Assembly: GCA_036339875.1 (NCBI GenBank) | Contig: JAYZAC010000054.1 | Coordinates: 1 to 36,065 of the forward strand | Direction of reading: 5' to 3' | DNA from: a bacterium | Lineage (GTDB): Bacteria > Muiribacteriota > UBA6191 | DNA length: 36,065 bases | Part shown: positions 19,089-29,700 of the stretch, one piece after another | How the letters are laid out: each line of letters opens with the position of its first letter | Numbering within the stretch: the stretch's first letter is position 1 | The notes under the pieces: model-generated | Seen by the model: the letters and a program-made list of their open reading frames with translations, nothing else | Databases searched by the model: none | Told to the model about the DNA's origin: nothing | Made by a program: the position numbers and the translations under genes

Positions 19089-19117
19089 GGTTATTATAAA
19101 AACGTCCTACAAAAGAT

Positions 19118-19137
19118 GGCCCAATCGGGCTTTTTTT
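19118..19137 (+). terminator. Intrinsic terminator
   Basis: GGCCC-AATC-GGGCT stem-loop followed by a T7 tract. Confidence 0.7.
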
Positions 19138-19226
19138 GTTAGATTAGTAGCCTTAGCCCCATGTTGTATTTTAACCCGGCTAGATTTTAATTAAGAATTC
19201 CTAAGTTCTGAAACGGGAGGTTTGGA

Positions 19227-20741
19227 GTGGTTGGTAGATGGGATCAACTCAGATTTCAGCATGGACATGCTGATCAAATCGATGATGCATCAAAGGTGTA
19301 CATCAATCGTAATCTAAAGCTTAATACAATTACTCACATGGGCTTTGATATGGACCATACCCTTGCAGTTTATACGTTAAAGGCACAGGAATTGGCATTT
19401 AATCTCACACGAGACAAACTTGTTAAAGATTTCAAATATCCAAAAGAAGTTAGTGATTTAGAATTTGAAGATAGTCTTGTAATTCGCGGTCTTGTTATTG
19501 ATAAGAAGCGTGGGAATTTGATTAAGTTAGATATGCATAAGTATGTAGAAGTCGCTTATCATGGTTTAACAGAAATTCCAAGAGAGGAGAGGAAGGAACT
19601 ATATAATTTACCCGGTGAGTCGTATAGACCTAGTTCAGAGGATTATGCTTATCTAGATACTCTTTTTTGCCTTCCCGAAGCATGCCTCTATGTTAAATTG
19701 GTAGATTTATTGGATAGCTTGTCAGCAGAAGGAAAATTGAAAAGAAAGTTCGACTATCAGAAGATTAGTTCTGAGGTTAGACAATGTATTGACGGAGTTC
19801 ACAGAGACGGTAGTTTGAAATCGGTTATTATAGAGAATCTACCTCTATATATCGAGAAAGATCCGACTCTTCCTAAGACTTTGCTCCATTTCATCCAAGG
19901 TGGTAAAAGACTTTTCTTATTGACCAACTCTGAGTATTACTACACAAATATAATAATGACTTATTTGCTTAACGATGAAGTGCCCGGCTACGACAATTGG
20001 CAGGATTATTTTGATTTTATAATTGTAAGTGCATGTAAACCCCGCTTTTTTCTTAATTCTGCAGATCTAGAGAAGTTAGATATTGATGAGTTTGGGGTAG
20101 AAATTTCTCAAGAAGTTTGTCCTAAAGTATACAGAGGCGGTTATTTCAAAAATCTAGAAGAGAGGTTGGGCGTTTTTGGTGAAAGTATTTTGTACTTCGG
20201 AGATCATACCTTCGGTGATATCTTAAAATCTAAGCAGACATGTGGTTGGCGGACGGTTATGGTGATTTTGGAGTTAGAGGACGAAATAAATATTCTGAAT
20301 GCGAAGCGAACCGATAAAGACAACTTAGATATGTTGAGTGCGAATTTGACGGAAATTCGTGAGGAAGTCAGTATGCTAGAGGCTCAAATAACTCATATGA
20401 GGAATAGGAAACTCGATTACTATGAGGACCTTGTTGACAGTGAGCTTGAAGAATTAGACCAAGAAATGCGTTCGATTCGTAAAGTAATTGCATCAAATGA
20501 GGATAAAGCAACCGAATGCCTGAAAGATATAAAGCGACTTGAAAGTGAGCTAGACTCTTCGTATAACAAGATGTGGGGCTGCCTTTTTAAATCAAGAAGA
20601 CGAAAATCCAGATTTGGTGATCAAGTTGAAGATTTTGCGTGTTTGTATACCGCCAGAATTACGAACTTTTCAAATTACCCAACTACTAAGTACTTTAGGA
20701 TTTCTCATGATTCAATGGCACATGAGAGACACGCAGATTAA
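19227..20741 (+). CDS. HAD-IG family 5'-nucleotidase (cytosolic cN-II / NT5C2-like)
   Basis: HAD motif I 'GFDMDHTLAVY', 'RGLVIDKKRGNL', 'DTLFCLPEA', 'FLLTNS', 'KPRFF', 'LYFGDHTFGDIL', 'GWRT'; GTG start with SD GGGAGG. Confidence 0.95.
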   Translation: MVGRWDQLRFQHGHADQIDDASKVYINRNLKLNTITHMGFDMDHTLAVYTLKAQELAFNLTRDKLVKDFKYPKEVSDLEFEDSLVIRGLVIDKKRGNLIKLDMHKYVEVAYHGLTEIPREERKELYNLPGESYRPSSEDYAYLDTLFCLPEACLYVKLVDLLDSLSAEGKLKRKFDYQKISSEVRQCIDGVHRDGSLKSVIIENLPLYIEKDPTLPKTLLHFIQGGKRLFLLTNSEYYYTNIIMTYLLNDEVPGYDNWQDYFDFIIVSACKPRFFLNSADLEKLDIDEFGVEISQEVCPKVYRGGYFKNLEERLGVFGESILYFGDHTFGDILKSKQTCGWRTVMVILELEDEINILNAKRTDKDNLDMLSANLTEIREEVSMLEAQITHMRNRKLDYYEDLVDSELEELDQEMRSIRKVIASNEDKATECLKDIKRLESELDSSYNKMWGCLFKSRRRKSRFGDQVEDFACLYTARITNFSNYPTTKYFRISHDSMAHERHAD

Positions 20742-20795
20742 CGCAAAATTAAAGTAGGTTTCATTTAGATTTGTATCAGTATCAGGGCGTATAAT

Positions 20796-23700
20796 TTGAA
20801 TAAATATCTTCTGACAGTTTGTCTAATCTTGATGTCGTTCATACTTGACGGTTGCGGTGGTAGTACGTCTGACTCTGGGTTTCCTGAGCAACAGCCTATC
20901 ACCCCAACTACCGGTGTTTTAGAAGGGCGCGTTCAATTACCTGATTTGATAAATGACGCTAACTTAAATAGTTCGATTCAAAAGATAAACGTTAATTCTT
21001 CAGTTAGGCGTGCTGTCGGTCAGATTACCAATTACAGTGGTTTTAGTGTATCTGCTCAGTATATTTCTTCCATGGGTTCTCCGAACGTTCTCATAGGGTC
21101 AATAAATTTAGATGGGACCTATTTTATTGAGGGATTGCCATTCGGCAAAGAAATCGAAATTACAATATCTCAGGGAAAGGTAGCGCTCAAGGCGACTGTG
21201 CCACCATTACAACAATCAAGTCCTCAATTAATTAAGAATGTAGACGTCAGCTCTACCGCAGAGACTCTTCTATATAATCAAATTAAGAATAATCAACCTT
21301 CTGCAACAATCGATACGATAGATCAATTCCAAAGTTTTGAGTCTGAAAAGACTCTTCTGGCAGAATTAATAACTAATGAATTGAAGAATGAGAATGTAGA
21401 CTCAAATTCAAAACCATTATTAGAGAGAGCCCTTGTCACGGAAAACTTAGTTCGTGCGGCAGAGTATGTCGAAGGTACGTCGCTAAGTGGTAATCATTTG
21501 CCATATGCGATCATTGATCAAGTACAACAGAATCAGAGAGGAAAAGTTGAAATAAGTTATCGCTTATTCGACGCTGAGTTGGACTTAGCGAACATAACTT
21601 TGATGTATTCAACTGATGGAATCAATTTTTCTACTGCTACAATTGGTTCAGGTGGTAGTGGTGTTCTCGATTTAGAAACTTTAAGAAATGATGGTATGCA
21701 GCACAATCTTTTCTGGGAATCCGCGGCGGATTTGGGCGTTGGGGTTCAACAGAATATCACTTTAGCTATTGATGCATATCCGTTTAATTTTAGTTTCACG
21801 GAGGAATTTAGAACAAGAGCTTTAACTATAAGTTTTTCTGTCGACAACAGAGGTTTGCCAGAGATAACGGCTTTGAGTTCTACCGATCATCAACTCGGCA
21901 CTTCCTCAATAATAAGTATTCAGGGGAACAATCTATCGGTTGTAAGTAGAGCTTATTTGGAATATTTTGATGCCGAGAATTTTATTCAGCCACGCTCTCG
22001 TCAATTGAGTGGGTCCGAATTTCAAATAATCAATGACCAACAAATGGATATGTTTATTCCTGCGCATGGGTTATTTCCAGTTGATTATCGTATTGTGCTA
22101 CAGGGAGATTTGGAGACGGATAATTCAATCTCTTCTCAGACAATTAAAGTTCAAGAGATTTTTTCTCCAAGTTTCTCTAATATTCAAGTTGGGCTAAGTC
22201 CAACCAATATTCAAAATGATTCGGGACAGCAAATTAGTTTCCAAGGATTTAACTTAATGGGCTCATTTGGAGATAGAGCGAAAATCCGTCTGATTACAAA
22301 CCCTAGTGTAGAGTACGTTTTGTCTCCAATATCTGCCGTCCCTGTTAATAATACCGGTCTTGTCCGTTGGACTGGATCTGTTCCGACTAGGATTCAAACC
22401 GGAGCCTATAATATTTTAATTAGAAACTCATGTAATCCAGTGACTCCATGTGGTAATGAGGTTTTAGTTACTGAGAATGGGTCCAATTCTGTAAATCTTA
22501 CTGTAATTGAGTCGGCCGCAGTAATTGAAAATGTTCAGTTGGATTTTGGAGTTGCAGTGAATAATACGAACAGCATAGTCAGTATTATCGGACAAAGACT
22601 TTCATCGGTATTCCAAGCTCGAATTTCTACAGATCGTCAGACATTAGTTAATTCTTTTACGAGTGGCTTTCCGCTAGCTATAAGTAGTACGGAGTATGAT
22701 CTAGCAGAATTAGTTTTTCCACTAGGAGGGGCACCAGGCACTTTTTACGTGGCTGTTATGAATCAAGGTGGAGTAACCGTAAGCAATTCTACCTTTACTA
22801 TTCAAGAGGGAGTTGTCCCAACAAATTCGATTTCAGTTCAAGCTGAAACTACTGCGGGGATGTTGATAACTAATAATGTCACAGACAATGTAACAGATTT
22901 CCAACTTAGAATTACGGGTACTAGTTTATCTAGTTTGGCAACCGTAAGACTTGTTAATCAAGATATTGCCTCGGTTGTTGTAAATTTATCTCCTTTTCAG
23001 AGTACATTCACTGAAGCGCTCGTAATAGTTCCCAAGCATAATCCACCTGGTCGTTATAGTTTAGATTTAATTAATTCAGCTGGCTTAACTTCTACAAATT
23101 GCGGCTCTGCATCTTGTCTAGAGATTACCGAGAATCTACCAATTGTTACAACTTTTCAGAATTTAATTAAACCTCAAGATTTACAAGATGAGCAGATGAT
23201 TGCGGGTGAAAATGCGGTTTTAGAGATCACCGGTGAAAATTTATCAGGAGCCGTTTCTGGAAAATTATGTGATACGCCCTTTACATGTCCTTATAATTTT
23301 ACGTCAGTAAGTGGGGAATTTTTCAAAGCTATAGCTAATATTACGTCTTCGACTTACATGAAGCCAGGTACTTATTTTCTTGAAATCACTAATCAATCTG
23401 GCAGTACACAAACCACAACTGATAATCGTTTAGAAATATTTGAAAGGCAGCCCGTAATAGATAGCGTTTTACCTAGAACGCTTACGAATAAAGAGCTTAT
23501 TGATCAATCTAATACAATTACTTTTAATGGGCGTAATCTTTATGGTGTTAATGAGGTATGTTTACTTCCTCAGGAGGCTGAATCTACCAGTTGTTCTAAC
23601 GTATGCACGGATGGAATTGACTATAGATTTATAGGTAGTGAAGTTAGTGGTTTGGGACGTAATCAAGCGACTTTAAATTTGGTAAATAATACTCAAATTA

Positions 23701-26700
23701 TTCCTGGTGAGTATGTATGGGTCGTGAAAAACTTTGCACCCGTTGGAACTGATAATTTTTCGGTTTGTAACCCTCTTATACATTCAATATCAATAACAGA
23801 GCCAACTTTAGAATTTATTTCTTTTGCCGCGAGTGCGATGCCCAATAGTACTTCCGTTGTAGGTCATACTACTTCTCAAATCAAGGTAATAGGTGAATTT
23901 CTATATGGAGTGGATAAGGTTGAGATTAAACGTAGATTCGATGTTTTTAATCTAAATTCTGTTTTTGACTTACAAATTGATACGACTACTTTAAACTCAG
24001 TAGATTTGACAGTTCCAGCTTCTCTTATTCCAGGAACTTATGATTTATTTATGAAAAACTCTGGAATGAGTGTTCCCATACAATTAGCTGCAAGTGTAGT
24101 CGTTTCTGAAGTTTTGACACCTGTTATTAGTGAGATCAGACTACGAGGTTCGAATCAAGAAAATACCAATGTAATTTTCTTTGATATTTATGGAAATCAA
24201 ATGGCGGGGGCAGCACTTACCACAAAAGATATAAAGCTGATGGATATAAGAGATAATTCTAATGTTATTCCTGTTCCTGCGAATAATATCAGTCTATCCG
24301 CTGAAGCAGATCAAACACTTTACATTACTATTGGAGTACCTGCGGGTACGCCAGGTGGAGATTATAGAGTTCTACTAACTAATTCCGCGTTCTTAACTAC
24401 AATCGAGACTCATTCGCCCGTAATTACCATTTTTGAGCCAACGGCTGAGTTTCAATCGGTCTCAGTGATAGGTCCATTTAATCAACAATTTGGTTTTGGA
24501 GAAAATAATCGAAATACTCGACTAGAGTTTAGAGGATTAAATTTAGGATCTTCTGATCAAATTAGACTCATACGCGAGCCCGAATTTATGGGAGATTCGC
24601 AGGATACGGTGATAATATCTACTAATGAAATTTTTCGTAGGTTTGATTCCTCTGAGCTGACTATTACATCAACTTTGGAAACCTTTCTTCGTCCAGGATT
24701 CTATGACGTTGAGATTCGCAATAACTCAGGAGAATTTAGTAATCCACTCGATCCTGTTTCCTCACCTTTTTTTGAACAAGTGCAAGTATTGGAGGGAGCT
24801 CCAAAACTCGATTTTGTGGGTTGCCTTGATTTTTCTGGTGTAGAAGTTTCTTGTAGTTTGACGTCTGCTGAATTTAATATCGATAGTCTTAAAAACTTTG
24901 AGTTTACGGGGCAAAATATTTTTACGTTGAATCGAGTTGATTTTTTTCGAGAAGGAGCCTCAACGGCAGAATATACTTTTAATTTGCCCCTTTTTGGCAA
25001 AAGTTTAGCAGGTACTGGTGTTATTACACACACTTCAAGAGCAGTGGCACTCGATATGCCAGACGTATTAAAGTATATCGGATTTTATGATATCGAGCTT
25101 ACCAATGCAGTATCTACAGTTAGATTCCGTAAGAAATTACATTCAATTGAGCTGTTTGAAGCTCTAATTAATTCATTAAGTCCAAATCAGGTAATAAACA
25201 ATATTGATAGTAATGTATTAGTCTCAGGAGATCATCTAAGAGGTGTTACTCATGCGGCCTTGTGGAATACATCACTAACAAGTGAGGTAGCAAGCTTTGA
25301 ATTTGTTCCCAATGAACAAGATCCTAAGCATTTTCTCACCTTAAAAATTACCGATAATATACCACCCGGAGATTACAAAATTAGAATTAATAATACGAAA
25401 GGCTTTGCACAAAATCCGGGAACTAATGATTTCACGATTACTGAGCCAGCTCCATTCGTTGAAATGATTACAGAATCCTTCGTTACTAATGCTGAAACGC
25501 AAGTTGTTCAAGTTCATGGAGATGGTTTTTTGGGTCTAACTAATGTTGTGCTCAAGCCCTCTACGACGGGTCAAGCAGGTACTTCTAATTCGGATATGAG
25601 CATTAGTCATTCACAAATTCCTGTGCAGTATTCTGTCACGAGCAGGTCATTAATGTCGGTTTTAATTCCTCCATTTCAGCTCCCAGGTTTCTATGAGCTA
25701 AGTTTACAAAATACTAACCCTGTTAGTTATTTACATGATCAAGCTTTAGAAATTCGTGAAAATTCACCTACTATTAAAACTTTGAATCCCGACAGTACTT
25801 TTTATGCTAAATCTACTACTTTGACTGTCCAAGGTTCAGATTTTCTAGGAGTAAGAGGAACAGCTTCTTCGGAAACTTATGCGCGATTAATTCACATTGA
25901 TACAGGTACTACTCGAGATCTTGACTTAGTATCTGAACCTAGCTTCGATTCGTTAACCTTAACAGTACCTGAGAATCTTCTAATTGGATCATATAAGTTA
26001 GAAATAAAAAATACTCAAGGGTTAATCGACTCATTAACAACTACAGCATTTGAAATAGAAGAGGGTTTGGTTCAACTGTCGTCAGTTACCACACAGGTTC
26101 TTCAATATGATGCGGATTTCTCTGAGGATTCAAATAAAATTAGTATATTTGGTAAGCATCTACAAGGCGTTACAAAGATTGAGCTTGTTACCACTACTCT
26201 TGGTCAAGAATATCGCTTCACGGTAGATCATCTACTTGGAACTCCAACTCCTTATGTAAGTATAGAGAATATGCCGATTAGTACGGATTTAGTATATCCG
26301 GGTAAATATCTTATTGAAATTACTAATGATGCAGGATTAGCTCAACCAACTACTCCGGTAATTGATGTTCAAATACCTGTCTCATCAATTACGAACTTTA
26401 GTCCCAAAACAGGCTCTTATAATGCTCCTACAGAAATTACGATTACAGGAACAAATCTTCGGAGATTTGAACAGTTAATCTTTGAGAGAAATGTGCCAGC
26501 CGGTGGTAATCCAGATGACAGCATAGATATATTAGAGATTTCGACCAATGGCGATCCAGATATTTTTTCTGAAATATCCAACACCCAAATTCGCGTTCGT
26601 TTAATATCTCAAGAGACAGACAATATATTTGACGATCTATTAAATCGCTTCTATAAAATAAAATGGAAGACTTATGGTGATTCACAGGTTAATACTGTAG

Positions 26701-29700
26701 ATCTTGGAGGACAGCCTTCAGACTCAAGATTCGAGTTGACTGGATTTGTTCCGCAAATAAGTAATTTTGAAGATCAGTTAGGTACTACTCTGCAAACTAC
26801 TACTGATTACGTAGACCCTGACTCTATAGGTGCTGTTAGTACGACAGCTGTTTTCTCAGGTTTACCATTGGATCTAGTGGTTAAAGGGGAGCATTTTGGT
26901 GATATTCGAGCTGTTAAACTTGTTAATTATGCTAATAAAAGTATTGAGTGGACCATTGCCTGTACGACAGGTACGGGTGCAACTGCACTCAATTCGGGAG
27001 CGATTGATCAGTTATCGGTTACTATTCCTCAGGAAATTTTTCATTTTCCAGCTAGTAGTGGAGTAAACTCCTGTAACAATGACGCCAGCTTGCTTCCACT
27101 TCAGCCTGACTTATATATGGTAGTTTTGGAGGATGGAACTAAGATTAGCAGTAAAGTTAACCAGCTTGCTCTAATTTACTTTTCAGAAGGTGTACCTGAT
27201 AATTTAATTGTAGTAGATGGTATTCCCGATCCTCCTCGATTTAATAATGCAAACGATACCATAGAGATCACGGGCAATAACTTATCTGGAACGAAGACTA
27301 TTAGTTTATTTTTGAATGGATTACTTCAAACCACATACTCATCGGATGAGATAGAGATCGTGAGTGATAATAAGGTTCAATTTTCAATCGAAGCTGGCAC
27401 TCTTCGGGGTATACGGGATCCAATCCAGAGTAAATACAGTTTAGAATTGACTAACTCTCGAGAAAAAGTTCGATTCGGTACAGATGATTTTATCATACTT
27501 GAAGACGAGCCCTTGGTAACAAGTATCGCCCCTGCTGATGGAAGAAACAATACTAGCCATCCAATCATCATTAACGGAATGAATTTGTTAGGTGTGGGAC
27601 AGACACGGGGCAGTACTATCAACAAATTTAAGTTGATCCACGAGCAGTCTCATTTTAATCCTAGTATCACCACTATAAGTTATGATCTGACAAGCTCTGT
27701 GACGGTTCAATCTCTTACTTCTTTTGTAGCTGTCGTACCACCAAAGATTTTGCCCGGCAATTATTTTCTGTCGATTGAAAACGATGATAAAGAGACGGAT
27801 AGTAATCCAAAATTTATTACAAACCAACTATTCGAATCCTTAGATTCACTACCTGTCGTGACTCTCGTAACTCCTCTAGTTTCAGATTTTGATTTGTTGC
27901 CTACGTCTATGGTTTTTAGTGGGTCAGGATTAATAGGAGTTCGTACTGCAACATTGACATTAATAAGTTCCGTAGCCACTAATGTAGTGACTTTGTCACT
28001 TCTGAATAGTCCCGAGCTAACTGGTCTTACAGATGATTCGGTGTATTTTTTATTACCACAAAGTCCTGAATTTCTTATCCCTGGTAATTACAACATTGCT
28101 CTTAGTAATTCAGTAGGAGATTTCGATTTACCTAATTTCGAACTATCGATAGCTGAGAAATCTCCTCAAATAAATTCTATCGATCCGATTAGTAAATCAG
28201 ATTTTGATAATTCTTCCATTACCACCTTTACAATATCTGGAGATAATTTATTTGGATTACCAGATGTTTCTCTTTCTTATAAATCTACAACTCTAAGTAT
28301 CAAAATAAGTGGTGTAGCTCAATCACGAAATGCTCTGACTGGTTTGACATTAGCTTCTAGTTTATTTCCAGATACATGGACCCTAAGCGTAACTAATTCC
28401 AGAGGAAGTACATCAAAAACGATAGTGGTTACAGAACCAGTTCCCGAGGTAAAATCGTTTGATCCAACTCAAGTACCATTTAATGATCGAACGAAAATTA
28501 CCATAACTGGGGATCATTTTTTGGGAGTATTAACCTCTACGGGTTCGATTGTTTTAACTGATGAGTTAGAAACTCCTTTAGAGGATATAAACTTAATTGA
28601 TAGATACAACATTAGTGCTTGGATACCTGAAGGAATAAATTTAGGAAAATACGAAGTTCTAGTAAGCAACAAGCGAGGAAGGAATACCACTTCCGCTGTA
28701 TTAACAGTATTAGGTTCAGGTCTTTCTATCGATTCTATTAATCCTAACACAGGGCTTGTAGATGGAGGCGAATTCGTAGTTCTAGAAGGTTCAGGCTTTG
28801 TTGAGGGTACTAAGGTAGCCATCGACAACATAATGGCACAAGATGTGAAAGTAACACCTAATCGTATTGAAGCTTTTGTTCCATCACTAGGAGGTACGAT
28901 CAATCCAACTGCAGTCAGTACATCAGTCAACGTTCAAGTCTTTAATCCGGATGGGGAGACCCTTACAAAGTCAAACTTTTATACATATTTTAATGATCAA
29001 GAAACAGATCCAAAAATTATTGATGTTTTTCCAGGAGTCATCTCTGGAACATCGCCTACTGGTATACCTTTGGATACAAAAATAGCCTTCATTTTTGATC
29101 AGGCGGTAGATCCTCAAACGGTTTTAACTACCATTCCAAACACATTAGATTTTAATGCGGTAGAAGTACTTTCAGACAGTAACTTGATTGGAGGAACTGT
29201 TACTTGGAGTCCAGATAAAACTCGTTTTGTTTACAGTTCATTAAATATTCCATTTTTGTCTAATAAGCTCGTGGAGGTCGGATTTGCTAACTTTATAACC
29301 GGAGAAAACGGTAGGAATCTAGTTACTACAGATATTGTGCAAACAAATTCGAGTTTTTTTGGTATTGGTGAAGATCAATATATTGAGGATTGGTCTTTTA
29401 CGGCCGGTAATTCATTAGATACGGGTAATTTAAGCATATCTTCACCAATCGGTACTGGAGGGATGGCACCTTCTACATGGACAACAACGGTCATCTTCAA
29501 TAAACCTATCAATCCACTAACTCTATCTGCGGAGGATTTTATACTTACTGAGGTTGCTAATAATCATAGGATTCCCGTAGAGGTTAAATTATTATCAGGG
29601 GGTACACATGTCGATGTTAATCCCACGGAATTACTGAGAGCTAATCAAAATTACAAGTTAATTGTCAAGAATACTAATTTAATAAGTTTGACTGATCTTG

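Noticed and set aside
19026..19110. Superficial resemblance to a preQ1-I riboswitch (AGAGTTCTAATAACCCTCAACTAA; hairpin plus ATAAAAAC)
   Set aside because: The first match overlaps the upstream stop codon and lacks a proper P1 and A-tract; the second lacks the conserved loop; the downstream gene is not queuosine-related.
20741..20795. Minus-strand TGAAAC...CGTT and plus-strand CGTATAAT before the giant lipoprotein as further promoters
   Set aside because: The minus-strand spacer is 14 nt and points antisense; the TATAAT abuts the start codon with no suitably spaced -35.
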